From the NCBI RefSeq assembly GCF_009834535.1, contig NC_045698.1, forward strand, positions 13,146,001 through 13,210,000: 64,000 bases of DNA. The letters run 5' to 3'. The translations under genes and the position numbers were made by a program. The notes under the pieces are model-generated. The model had not been told where the DNA came from. It saw only the letters and a list, made by a program, of their open reading frames with translations, and did not search any database. Shown here piece by piece: positions 26,205-39,191 of the stretch (position 1 is its first letter; each line of letters starts with the position of its first letter). The DNA comes from Camelus ferus. Its lineage: Eukaryota.

Positions 26205-27466
26205 CCGCGTGCTTGATTTACGTCACCTCCATGGAAAAGAAGCATAAACAACAGATCTGTATCTTGTTTTCAAGTCATGACCCCAAGCTTCGCTTTACAG
26301 ACTTAGTTGTGCACCTCTATGTCTGGTGGGTTCTGAGTCTGTTCGTTGTTCTGGGTTTAAATTTCTCAGTATTCTTATCATCACTCGGGACCAAAATGTT
26401 CTCTCTCATATCAGATTTTCATTTGCATTTATAATCTGTATTTGTCCTAGAACATCTTGGAATGATTATTCTTTTACTCAGTGTTTTCTCTTTGGCTCAT
26501 CCTTAGCCTCTACCTTCAAATTCTGGGTTGAATACCAAAAAATTTGAAGATCAGGTGACATATTTCATTTCATCAGGTAAATGAATTTAACTCACACATA
26601 CTGAATACACTTTTATAATTTCAATTTAGTATATGGTCAACACAATGAAATTCACTAATTTTGTAAATTATGCAGTCATTTACAAAATTATAAAGGTAAA
26701 CTATTCAAGATTTTAAATCTTTTAAACCATTAATTATTTGTAGTGCTTCAAGAGTCAAAATAGCTTGCTTAGTGCCAATTTACTCTTAAGACTAATTACA
26801 AAATTATTATTTCCCTATAACTCCCTCCCCTAAAGTTGTATATTTATATATTTTTTTGTAATAAATGGAAGCAAGATGTTGATACTTGAAATCTGGGAAT
26901 ATTTATATCTTCATTTTCCTCACTCCCTATAGCTTATCAAATACCAAATATATCTTAAATTCTACTACTAAGTATGTTCTTAAAAGAAATCTCTCAGAAA
27001 CATTTATTTTTGTTAACATTAGTGAAATGTCATCAATCGATTAAATCATTGTAATAGGCCACCAGTATAGTCCAAATAACTCTAATATGATTTCTTGACA
27101 GGACTCTTATAATATGCCCCACTGTTGACACTCATTCATCATTCTGCACCAAAGTCATTATTAAAATTGCACATTTTGACATGCTACTTTCCTACATGAA
27201 CTAGTTTATAGAATTCTTTTGCATTTAGGCTGAAGTTCAGACAATGTATCCTAAAAGCCCCTGCATGTACTAATTTCTGTAAATATTCCACTTGCGCTTT
27301 TTATCATTTCTCCCTGTTTTTCTGCTCTGTAGTCATCCTTCCTCTTGGTTGACCTTACTTCTAATTACTTGTCCCTTTGTTTTCCTTAAGTACATTGTAA
27401 CCCCTTTTCAAGCAAGATAAATTGTCTTAGTGTGGGTCATCATTGCATCATGACAAGGACATGCTA

Positions 27467-28040
27467 GCACTGTATACGATAGCCAAGACATGGAAACAAC
27501 CTAAATTTCCTTTGACAGATGACTGGATAAAGAAAATGTGGTGTATTTATACAATGGAATACTACTCAGCCATAAAAACTACAAAATAATACCATTTGTA
27601 GCAACACGGATGGACCTGGAGATCATCATTCTAAATGAAGAAGCCAGAAAAAGAAAGAAAAATACCCTTTGATATCACTCATATGTGGAATCTAAAAAAA
27701 AAAAGAATTAAGAAGACACTAGTGAATTCATCTACTAAACAGAAACAAACTTAGATATAGTAAATAATCTTATGGTTACCAAGGGGAAAGGGGTGGAAAG
27801 GGATAAATTTGGGAGTTTGAGAGTTGCAAATATTAACTACTAAATATAAAAAGAGATTAAAAATAACTTTCTTCTGTATAGCACTGTATATTCAATATCT
27901 TGTAAAAATCTTTAATGAAAAAGAATTTGAAAAGGAATGTACATGTGCATATGTATGACTGGGACATTATGCTATACAGCAGAAACTGATCAATAAAAAT
28001 AAACAAACAAATATGAATGAATAAAAATTTTTAAAAATAA
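27467..28040 (+). mobile_element. 5'-truncated lineage-specific L1 (ORF2 C-terminus + 3' UTR + A-rich tail)
   Basis: gcactgtatacgatagccaagacatggaaacaacctaaa...caatggaatactactcagccataaaa. AATAAA at 27992-27997. TSD aaggacatgcta at 27455-27466 and 28157-28168. Confidence 0.95.
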
Positions 28041-28156
28041 GCCTGAATTCAAACTCAGGGAAGGTAATTCCTTGGGACATTAGTCCACCATCTTCTTAGT
28101 CTGCTGGCTTTCTGAATAAAATCACTATTCTTTGCCCCCATCGAAAAGAAAAAAAA
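28041..28156 (+). mobile_element. LTR-like (R-region) fragment with poly(A), co-inserted with the L1 (putative 3' transduction)
   Basis: Non-L1 sequence with AATAAA at 28115-28120. An A-tract starts 23 nt later (28144), followed by the right TSD copy. Confidence 0.7.
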
Positions 28157-28329
28157 AAGGACATGCTAATTGCTAAGCATACAGTAATTAGTCCTGCAAT
28201 GAAATTTTGTTGATAGATGATTGAAATGAGGGATTAATTAATAATTCAGACTATGAAGAATATCTATACAAAGCACACACATTAAAATACAAATAGTTTA
28301 ACACTTTGATATTCATTTTTAAAAATAAT

Positions 28330-28805
28330 ACAAATATATTAATTGCCCAGGATGTGCCAGTGGCACTAGAGATAAGAGGGAGAGAACAGTATGACACAGA
28401 ATCTGGCTGCATGGATCTGGGGCCCACACAAGGCCATTTCGTCCATCTGCTCTTTTCCATCTTGGCTTCTTTCCCAGGCAGCTCTTCTGCTCCAGCTGAC
28501 CCCCTGGCAGCTCAGGTATAACTGTCGTAGTTTTCAGCCCTAGCACTCATAAAATTTCCAGAAAGCATCCTAATGGGATTGACTTGGGTCCTTCTTCCAT
28601 CCCTGTAACAATCTTGGTGGAGACTGGAGGATGCAATTATGATGACTAGGCATTTTGGGGACACACGCTTCTCCCATGGAGTTGGGTGCAGCCTCACACA
28701 AACCACATAAACTGAGGCTAAGGCTAATTGACAGATGATTCCTGGTGGAATTCTGGGGTAATGTCACCCAAAGAACTGGGAATGAATAAATGCAGAAACA
28801 CCACA
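28330..28805 (-). mobile_element. ERVL-MaLR LTR (MLT1K/L-like)
   Basis: gacttgggtccttcttccatccctgtaacaatc...aaaccacataaactgag...ggggtaatgtcacccaaagaactgggaatg resembles antisense MLT1. Confidence 0.65.
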
Positions 28806-30299
28806 TTGTCTAATAAAGTGTAACTAGGCAGACAGTGTCAAGGGGAGTTTCACACGGAGGAAACAGCATATGCTAATGTTCTTGTAACTGGAGCAAATTG
28901 GGAAAGTCCTAAGGAATGAATAAAGGCCAGTAAAATTGATGCAGAGCGAGAGATAGAGCACATCACAGTACAAGATAACCTGGAATCAAGGAGGGCTCAA
29001 ATTGTGTAAAGATTTGTAGCTCATGTGAAGGAGACTTAGGAAGTAACTGAAGAATTTTCAGAAGGTTGTGTGGCATATTCATCATGTATTGGGTATTTTG
29101 TTAATTGGCGTATTTCATAAGTCAAATTAGGTAACTATATTTAGAAAAGAAATGTGTTAACTTTTAGAAATAAATCCACTTCATCTTTAGAAAACTATTG
29201 ACAAAAAGTAGTGCTCCTATTAATAGTAGTTCTAAATTACTATGCAATCAATTTTAAATATAGTTATCAGTGCAATGCTCTTATATATAATTAAAGATAA
29301 TAGGATGTGATTATATGTTTGTAGTATTGATTGTGTTCATTTTCCCCCAGGTTTCAAGAAAAATACCCATAAATGTATCCTTAGACTAAGAAAAATAATA
29401 TGTGTTTTGCCAGATTATTGATTCTACAGTAAGAATTTGCACTCCTATAATATGCCATTTCTAGAAACTAATTTTGATTTTGATGGATTGTATTGTGCAT
29501 AAGCCATTTAGAAGGAAGCTAGCAATAATCGATGTAAAAACAGCTGGAAAAAATGCTAAGAACCAAAGGAAAAATGTTTTTCAGAAAATAATGAAGATGC
29601 TTGATTTTTCTTTTCATGAGGAAATTCACATTGTAGAAACAATAAAAATGTTCCAGTTGATTTATCTGCTGGAAGTTGAAGCTTGGGGCTTCATTTATTT
29701 AATTATTCAACTGCAGAGCCAACACCATAGCTGCAATGTTTTCTTTAATGTAAGTTTTCTTGAGAAGGTAAATTATTCAGCTTTAACATAGGTAGCAAAT
29801 AATATACCTTTCTAATTAATATTTGTTCAGCTAAATTGTTTATTCTCCCAAATCTTAATAACAGTTTATAATCTGTGTAAAAATTTACAAGTAACCCAAT
29901 GGGTAGTTGAAATCTGTAAACAACAGATGTTGCCCAGCATCCAGTCACATCATTAGCAGAAATTACAGGAATTAAAAAAAAAAAATCACCTTTATGCTTA
30001 AGTTTTTTTATGAGTAAAGGCTTTTATCTAATAACTCAAAATGAGGATTCTAATTTATCATATTATTTTTATCATCATAAGCTCCATAAATTATCTCATA
30101 AACATCTATTTCACAATATGAGTTTTAGATGGGACATAATCAAATAATTATGCTGATTGTGTATGTCTTCAAAATCACAGTTGCTTGTGTGAGCCTAATA
30201 TGTAAAAGTCCTTCCTAGTCAATTTTCTGACTTTCAGAATCTGGAGGATATCTTTGGTTTATCCTCTGAGGTACTCATTAAGGCTTTGCATCTAATGTT

Positions 30300-30600
30300 T
30301 CTGGTCACACCATTTCTGGGCAAATATTGCATTGCACTTTTCTGCCCTCTTGGGCTTTAGTGGAGCCATGTGACTAATTCAGACCCACACATTGTGAACT
30401 GACCAGAGTGTTTCATCACCCGCTGGTGGGAGCCCCTTCAGCGTGCCCTGGTGTTCCTGGCCTGTAACAGGGAATGGTCAAGATGGTGGCTGCTGGTGCA
30501 GTGGGAGCGTCTGTGAGACAATGAACTCAGGTCTCCATCAAACTGTAAGGGAGACATGGTGTGAATGAGAATGAGAAATAGCCAAGCCTTTCTGTACTGA
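30300..30600 (+). mobile_element. ERVL-MaLR LTR (old MLT1) fragment
   Basis: tggagccatgtgact...caagatggtggctgct...gacatggtgtgaatgagaatgagaaata are MLT1 motifs. Confidence 0.6.
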
Positions 30601-30742
30601 AGCAAGAATTAGTAATGAAAGAAGAGTGCAACCATGGGGAAAAACCTCAAACGTGCTGCCAGCTTCAGGGTCAGATGGAAGTGAGTAAAGGCAGGGTTAT
30701 CAGAGGATGAGGGAAAGGCAATTGATACTAATCTGTAAGCGG

Positions 30743-31069
30743 TATTGACCTAAAACATAGAGACTGCCACATATGTCTCCAGCAAAGATGGGTTTATTTG
30801 GGATCAGCAGAGAATTTCATTTCATGGTCTGCAGCCGTGCTGTGCCACGAGCTAGCCCCAGCGGGCACACGAGGGAAGGAGGACGCTTTTATGGAGAGGA
30901 AAAAGAGTTGGGAGAACTGTGGTAATCAAAGTGTCCATGGCTTTTTACTGGTTGAGTCCTTGCCAGGAAACGAGTCTGTCTTCTTCCTGTTGGGCTCTGC
31001 TATTGTCACCAGCTGGAAAGCCTTCCCTGTTGGTCTCTTGATTATATTTAATTGAGATTTCTGTTCATT
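30743..31069 (-). mobile_element. ERV1-like solo LTR, same family as 38-373
   Basis: tattgacctaaaacatagagactgccacatatgtctccagcaaagatgggtttatttgggatc aligns with the reverse complement of 311-373. The other end aligns with ~50-75. Confidence 0.82.
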
Positions 31070-32632
31070 TGTTAGAGCAGGAATAATACATAATGGAGAA
31101 GTCCATGTCTTGAGGGACTTAGTGACTTGAAAAGAAAACTGATTCTTAACTCTAAGGAGCAAGCAGTAAAATTACAAATGAATGCTTTGTGTAACCAGGG
31201 CCAATTGAAGTTCAGTTTTGCAGCAAGGTGGGCTGTGGCTGAGGAGGGTAATGGAAAAGGAGAAGCCATAGCGCAGAGCCAAACAGCACAAAGAACAACC
31301 ACATTTGGAGAGATTCAAGTACAATAACACAACCTCAATGGGGTGAAGTAGGTTTGAAAATTAAGAAATTTTCCATTTTTTCAAATACAATACAGTGCAT
31401 ATAATTTCCATTGCATAAAGCCATGGGGAAGAAGATTGAGACATCACCCTGTCCTCAAATACATACATAGCTCTATCCTGAGACCTCTGCACATTCCCAC
31501 TAGGTCTGGTTTTTGCTGTTAAGCATTTTTAGTTTTCAGACTTCTGGGAGTTTTGGCATTAGGGCTAAGAGATGTGGACATAGAGTTCTCCTGAGCAAAG
31601 GAGTGACTAAGGCTTGAAAGCAGGAAGAGCCTGCAGTGAAAATGCAAAGCCCCAGATTTTTCAGGAATCCCAGCAGGTGCAAGAATAAACCAAGACCTTG
31701 ATCTCTTGTAACACAGTATTTTCCTGAGCCCAGGGGAAACAAGGAAGGAGAAGCCTGAGGTGAGGATTGTAATTCCACAGTCCTCAGAGAGAGCTGGGCT
31801 TCTCTGTTCCTTCCCTTGATGTAAACAATGGTCTTAGGAAATCCCATTGAGTGTTTGAAGCTCTCAAAATACTCTGGGCTGAATTTTTCACAATATCTGA
31901 GTGTGGGAGTGAATTCAGAGAAAAATAAGAACAATTGGGAGTGGAGATTTCTTCTGTAGTCCCCAAATGAATACTGGCAATTGACAAGGCTTGCACATCA
32001 TCGTCCCACAGGATCTGAACTTCTAACACAGAAGGAAACTCTGCCTCTCAGTGGAATATCATCATGTTGCACAGAACTCCCAGGATGCATTGAGCTGAGA
32101 GTAGGCAAAATGCCAACTTGCTTAAGGAAAATCAATGAATCAGGGAAGGAAAGATAAAATACAAAGCAGACTAGGAAGAGCCAAGTGACTTGGAAATTCC
32201 TGAGCAGACAGGAATTAGAACCAGCACCCAACAAGTCCTTAAATCAAAAGGGCACTTAAAGCTCAGACCATTGACATACACTCTGCAATTCAAGTCACTA
32301 GGTTTCCGATTGTAAAATAAATCAATATACTGAAAGCATGGTAACTGAGCAAAATATATTGAAATGCAATACAGTTAAAACAAATAGGTCAAATTATCAA
32401 AAGTAAAACCAAGAAAAAAAAAAAAGGGAATTAATGAGAGGTAAGATGAATTCCACAAGGAAAAAAAAGGAACAGATGATACCGGGGAAGGCATAGAAGG
32501 AAAAATAATCCCTGACAGATTTAAGGGTCCATTTTGGGTAAGATTACTAATTTACCTAAATATTGATGAAAATTGGAAGACAGTTAGACCTATCCTGGAA
32601 ACGTTTTGTGTTATTTTGGGTAAAGATTAGGC

Positions 32633-34001
32633 CAGCAAATCTCAAATATATTGGTTTTGGCAAAGTAAGGATTTAGATTTCAGGAACCCTTTACATTCTT
32701 ACATACCATTAATGATCGAGAAAGGTTTTTGTTTATGCTCTTTACATCTATTAATATGTACTGTATTGGAAATAAAATGAAGAATTAAAAAAATAATATA
32801 TTTATTAATTTATTTAAAATACAATGATACATTTGGTACCTGTTGCCATAAAAACATATTTTAAAGACAAAAATGTATGTTTCTCCAAACGAACAAGTTA
32901 ATGAGAAAAGTGATGTTATCTCATAGTTTTGCAAATTTCTTTAATGTCTGGTTTATTAAAGGACAGCTGAGTTCACGTCTGCTTCTTCATTCAGTCTGTT
33001 GTGACATATTATTTGAAACACATGAAAAAAATTTGACTTCACATAGATATGAATTTGGAAAAGAGAAGGTGTTATAAACCTTTTCAGATAATTGTTGATA
33101 TTCTTTTTTTGTCACTGCACCAAAATTTGACGAGTGACATTTCTCAAAGACTAGTTGTTGTGCAGAATCTAAGCCGATGTCAATAAACTTTTCATACTCT
33201 ATTACGTTAAAATCCTCTGGTCCCTTTTGCACTTTGACTAGATCTTTTATCCATGCACGGATCTATAACATCATGCATTGATCATATGGAAAACACTGCC
33301 TAACTATGATTCTTCCAATTAGTCACCCATTTTATGCAACATCAAAATGCGCACACACACACACACACACAAATCTGTTTATTTTTAGAAATGCCTTTGA
33401 GGATTTTGAAGCTGCCTGATCTCACAGGGGACACAAGTTTTCCAAAATTCTCATTTTCCCTGCAAGCTCAAATTTTTATCATCATCATTAAATCCTGTCA
33501 AGTGTTTTCTTTTTGCCAAATATTCATGTTTGAATAACCGTCGTTCGTCTTTCAGTCACTCTTGCATGTAAAACGGTGTTCCATGAAATAAGCAGCTGGT
33601 TCAGCTGCCAGCTCACACAAGCAGTGAGTGTTTTTTGCTGTGGGTCACTATTATATCAGTACATAGTAGAAATGTTTCATGCACAGTTCCTACGTTCTCA
33701 TGCAGAATATTAAAAAGGTATTCATAAGGGTCAAATTTTGATAGCATTAAGAATTACTAATGTTTCCTCAAGGACATTCTTGAGTGAAACTGGTCTTCTT
33801 TTTCCTTGTGAGTGCATGGCAGTGCACCACAAAACGGCAACTTGTACCGTTTGGTGCCAATGTTGTTAACACAATTAAACACACACTGTTCAAGACAAGC
33901 AACATCTTGGTGTTCTTTTGAAATTGGTTTGGCCTCAGCAACACTCTGAAAGTGTCTTTGGGACCCTCAGTGGTTCACCAGCCACACTCTGGGAGCCACC
34001 C
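32633..34001 (-). mobile_element. Charlie1a-like hAT DNA transposon fossil with transposase remnant
   Basis: Degenerate Charlie termini (cagcaaatctcaaa... / ...ccacactctgggagccacc). ORF 32987-33232 (-) reads YEKFIDIGLDS...KKEYQQLSEK...FPNSYLCEVKFFS, resembling the hAT C-terminal dimerisation domain. Confidence 0.85.
33352..33371. repeat. (CA)10 microsatellite within the Charlie element
   Basis: Seen directly. Confidence 0.9.
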
Positions 34002-34461
34002 AGAAGAAGGCATCCCATCCCTCCCCCATCCCAAAGCAAAGCAGAGGAGTTACATCACAGAAGTGTGTTCTTTTCTCACATACCAACCTGACTAATGCCG
34101 TCGGGAAGGGGACTTCTGCTTCCCGAAGTAAATCAGAAAGTTAGTTCCTGCCGTATTGTGGTTAAACCACCCTCAAGGAAGTTGTCTCCATCAGCATGGC
34201 AGCCACCCTATCCCCGTTACAGCTCATGGGGAAAGGAAGGAAAAAATCATGGGCAAGTGACTTTCTTTGTGAACGTGCAAAATATGTAAAATGCACAGCT
34301 TTTCAGCTAGATTCCAGTGACAGCAACTTGGTTCCACTCAACTACTATAAGAGCTAGAAAATTAGATGCCAGCTGAGCAGGGATTATGCCCAGGAAAAAA
34401 AGGATGGGTTTTTTTGGGGGGGCTGGGGGGAAGGTAATCAGAACAAAGGCTGGATTTTGAC

Positions 34462-34498
34462 TGTGTGTGTGTGTGTGTACGTGTGTCTGTGTGTGTGT
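34462..34498. repeat. Interrupted (TG)n microsatellite
   Basis: Seen directly. Confidence 0.9.
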
Positions 34499-34899
34499 TG
34501 GTGGAGTAGTGAGGGGACAGAGCAGCAATCTCTCATATTTTTTGAATTCCGAGTGTTTTTTAAAAATCAGACAGTTCCTAATAGATAGAACAATTTCTTT
34601 ATTTTTAAAGAAATATATTCAAAGTGGTAGTTTAAAAATTAGTTTAGTAGATCACTTGGCAGAAAGAACCATAGAGTCTTATTGGCAAATAACTTATCAT
34701 TTACTTGTTAACTGAAAAAAAAAAAAAAACACCAAAACTAGGGACTCTGAGTTTGTTACCTCATCTAAGAAAAATATTTCAGAAGATGCTCTAAACAATA
34801 CAATATGTGACTCAAAATTGGTACTTTGAGAGGAGAGACAAAGAAAGGAGAAGAAAAGGTAGTGACTGATGACATTTTATACGTAATTAATGAAATGAT

Positions 34900-35600
34900 A
34901 ATGTCCCTGGGCTAAGCAATATTTGTAACATGGTATTCATATAGCAAAGGAAAAAGCAAAACTTAAACTGCCCTAAATAGCACATCATGTTAGACTAACT
35001 GGGTAGAGCAGGTGAGCTGGAGCAAGGGGAAATGAAAATGTTCTTTTAAGGTTAGGAGCTCTTAAAACAAAAGGTTATTTTGTGTGATGATAAAAGACAA
35101 TTTGCTTAAAGGACATGTTTCTCATAAAACTGTAAGCATCAAAGCATTTAGCATTCCAAACATAAAGCCCAATCAATTAGGAATGTAGGAGAACTTGATA
35201 AAAATAGAATTACACTCAGGGAATGGAATGTGTCTTTTTCAGATTGGAAAGATCCAGCAGAAATAAAGAAATGAGAACATATGGAATTAAATACTGTGAT
35301 AAATTCCACTCAAACATAAATATCTGATTTCTCATTCTATGAATATTGAATATATTTTATTAGTGTCCAGGAAACACTTACAAAATTGATCATGCACTGG
35401 ACTGTAAGGGAAGTCAAAGTTTTTAAAAAGTACGTATTTCAAAGGCTACAGTCATTGCCACACATTTAATAAACAGAAATAAACTGCAAAAATATGATAT
35501 ACAAATATGCCCTGCTTTAATATAAGAAGCTTAGTCATAAATAATGTTTAAACTTCTGAATCCAAAAAGGAAATACTCTTGAAATTACAATCTTCAGTCA
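34900..35600 (+). mobile_element. Very old L1 ORF2 endonuclease-region fragment
   Basis: ggaaacacttacaaaattgatcatgcactggactgtaagggaagtc resembles the L1 EN 'TFTKIDHILG' coding segment. Confidence 0.5.
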
Positions 35601-35693
35601 GCATAAGCAAAACTGATGGCAGCTCACTTGACAATATTTTAAACAACTTTGCATTCAAAATTGACTAAAAATAATGGGGGCAAATCTTCATCT

Positions 35694-36107
35694 TGTATTA
35701 GCAAGTTTTGCTACATAACAAATAAGTCTAAAAATCTTAGTAGCTTACAACATCTGAGATTTCTTTCTTGCTGATTTTAGAAGAGGGCTGCATTAGTTGT
35801 GGCTCTTCTCCAGGCTACTTGGACTGAGGTTGGGGACTAAGGTTGAGGTGTCATGGAGAGGGGCATTTTCGTGGACCTGGGAGAAGCAACAACCACACAA
35901 CTGCATTTAAAGCATTTGCTTGCACATTTCCACTTAGATGTTACTGGACAAACAAATCACATGGCCAGGCCTGATAATGTGACTGGTGACATATACACCA
36001 CTCATCCAGAGGTACTGAAATTCACTGGACAAGGGCAGGGGAATATCATCCTCTGATAGGCATAGGAAAGAAGAGAATGATTTCTGAAAAATAAAGTAGT
36101 ATTCCAT
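35694..36107 (-). mobile_element. ERVL-MaLR LTR (old MLT1)
   Basis: Starts tgtattagcaag...gctacataacaaat...aaaatcttagtagcttacaaca; internal ttactggacaaacaaatcacatggccaggcct. Confidence 0.7.
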
Positions 36108-38071
36108 GTATTTTACATTCACTCAACATAGACCAGAATTAACTGGGGGAGGGTGCACAAAAAAATTAAAGCTAAAATTAAGATAAAGGAATACTATGTT
36201 ATTGTTATGTTATGTTATTGTGTTATTGTGGTGTGAAAATATAAAGTTGTAATTTTTTTTTTCTATTTGAAAATTACAGACTGGATTGTATTTTGCATAA
36301 TATGGGATGCTTGATTAAGCCAGACCCTTGGTGGAATTTACACCTGATGTGGCTGCTCTATTTTGAAAGGAAACAGCTGTTTTCCTAACGTTCCCGTGGT
36401 TTTATGAACACAATGTTTCCTTTATGAGACAAAGTGGATTCAAATGAGCTCCCTCAACTCCCTCCAGAAACAAATTTCTCAAATGTTTTGTAACTCACTA
36501 TTGCTTGATAAATGTTATGTTGCAGATTATTCTAGGTGTTATGCCTGGGGCTCCTTAAGTGCTGCCATTTGCTTGTTTATTTTCTTCTCAGGCTAGGGAA
36601 TTGCTTTATGAACTCCAAGTCATAAAGGAGAGCAACTGAGTGGGAAGAAAGACATTTGGTATAATGCCTCTCCGACTGGAAAGGAAATTGCATTTTACCT
36701 ATTGCAGAGAGGTCACAAATTTTATTGGTAAACTGGCTAAAGTATACTTATTTAATAAGAGGCAGACCTCAAATAGAATAATTCTTTAATCCCAGGCCTC
36801 CAGCAAATGCTCAATAACATATTTTTCATACAATTTCCACATTTGGTAACCTTAAACTTTTATTATAACTTTGATGGATTGTTTCCTAGATTTGTTTTCA
36901 ACCTTGCTATATGGACAAAATAGACATTTTAAAACAGAAATTCTTATATGGGAAGTAGAGTTATTTATATTTGACATACGTTTCTAGAAGTGATTTACAA
37001 GAGAGCTAAAATGTATCAAGCCCAGTGTTAAAAGGAGAATGTTGTGAAGTGCGTGTGCACAGTACTTACGCTGGCAAGAATTCCAATTTAGCCTTTGTCT
37101 CAATTGTCTTAGGATGCATCCTCTATGTTTTAGAGAAGTTGCATGGAAAGTAGAGAAGGGTGAGTGAATTAAATTTGGAATTGTATAATATGATAGGCTG
37201 CAAGCATTTAAATCCACACTTCAAAATATAAGGAAATAACGTTATCTGAGAATCAAATTTTTTCTTATAGCAGTTACAGCCATCTTATTGCATATGAATT
37301 GCCTGTATATTATACATATGCTATAATTCTGTTTATAATCTACTCTAATTTTCTAAGATTATATGAAGACATAGGTGGAAAAATGATGCAGCAGGATATT
37401 GTGGATATGGAAGTATGTCAATAAATGAAGTGAGTACATATACCTAAAACTGAAAAAGTTAACAAATTTGAGGTGACTGTGCTTAGTTCTTAATAATTCC
37501 ATGATCAATCATTAAAGTACAAAATCACTGAAGAGAATGCAAAGAAGAAGTATTTGAGAGAAAATAAACAGATGTTTTGAAGCTCTAAAACTCCAAAACA
37601 AAACAATGGTGTCGATACACTTCTTAATGAATCTTATGCCCTGGATCATATAAAGTTATTTGTCCTGTGAACATCTATAAAATGGAAGGTCACCTATATG
37701 ACATTTCTCACATTATGCTTTCAACCCATGAGGTTCACATTGTTTGCATCATCCTTTATTTCAAAAACCACATCACAATTTTTTAGGAACTCACAAACCT
37801 GAGAAGTCAAGTGGACAGACTGTCTATCCTCACTACTCCTTGCATGCTTATTTCAGCTTGTAAAATTGCCAACGAATCTGGAAACGCTCAGATGAGAATT
37901 TACCTAACATCTGCTTCTGTGGAAATCCATCCCACAGCGTGTTTGCCCACCGTCTTGCGGATTCTAAGTGTTCTCTGCTGCTACAGCTGCTGTCCCCCTT
38001 CCCTGGCAAATTCACTCTCTCTTTCCCTCCAATGCTGAAGGAAGCATGTCCCTAACACACAGCTGTTGTGT

Positions 38072-38111
38072 GTAGCAGGTCTTGTTGAAGGTAGCAGGTC
38101 TTGTTGAAGGT
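38072..38111. repeat. Perfect 19-bp tandem duplication
   Basis: gtagcaggtcttgttgaag occurs twice (38072-38090, 38091-38109), followed by gt. Confidence 0.95.
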
Positions 38112-39150
38112 TTGTGTTTACCCAGTGGTGGTTCCTCACAGAGTAGCGAAGGACACGTTCAAAATTGGAATTTATGTCTTAGCTATATATCTGCTGTTCC
38201 TTGACTCACGGAATTTCTCATGGGGGCTGGGATGTTCATTTCTCTGTTACTCTTCTGTACCAAACCCTCTTTCTCTACATTTCTCTTCTGTCTGGTTCAG
38301 TGCCTTAAAACTCTGCTCTTTTAAGTCCACTTTTGAGAAACACCAAATTCCTAGTAATTTCTTTGTTTAAGCTTCCTCACTTGTATGCTGCTTGAAGTCT
38401 GTTTTTATCAAAAAGCATTTGTTTTACTAATCATTGTTTTCTTTCCACAACTATCAATTAAAATAATCTATTTTTCTGTTATAATTGTTTATGGATTATA
38501 GTTTAATATATTTTAAAAATCAAATGTTACAGTCAATATGCATAAGATGCTTATTTACAGATGGAAAGCAATTTTAAATGCTCAAAAATCTCTTTAGGAT
38601 AGCATTCATAAAAACATCAGTAGCAACACCTGTTAGCTGATGTTCATGACTATAAATTTAGGTAAAAAAAGATGTTTTGTATACTAATTTACTTAACTTA
38701 TTATTTTTGTTAATATCAGCTGCAGTATTGATAATATCAGTGATGTTGAGTAAACAAAATTAAGTTCAATATACAACAAATTTTTGATGTTACATTTTTC
38801 ATGGATCTCATTATCAATATCTACTGGCAAGATTTTTTTAAAAAATCTCTAAAAAGGCAAGCTGCCTTTCATTCACAAAAGCATAGACGTGCATAGCTGC
38901 CTGTCTTTTGGGGGGTGTTTTTGCTTGTTTATTTTTGATGGAAAGTACTTTTAATTGTCCTCCTCTTACCCCACGCCAAATATTCCTGGGAGGCTTTCCC
39001 ATACCTCAAAATCTGTTTAAGTTCTCTGCATATTCAGGATATCATCCTTTTCAGTCTGGGACAAGCACAGTGTGGGGACAGGGGGTTAAACTGAAAGGGC
39101 CCACACTGGCTGAACGCCACATGCGTATGACGTATTTTAAAAGATCTTTA

Positions 39151-39191
39151 TTATATTTTTTTTAATTGAAGTACAGTCAGTTACAATGTGT
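39151..39191 (-). mobile_element. Extremely truncated L1 3' tail (~40 bp)
   Basis: ttttttttaattgaagtacagtcagttacaatgtg closely resembles the L1 terminus at 9693-9730. Candidate degenerate TSD at 39138-39150 / 39192-39204 (10/13 identical). Confidence 0.75.

Larger units (their letters stand above)
27050..28230 (+). mobile_element. Decayed L2 3' portion split by the L1 insertion at 27455-28168
   Basis: L2-like sequence lies left of the TSD, and an L2 tail-like ...caatgaaattttgttgatagatgattgaa lies right of it. Confidence 0.45.
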
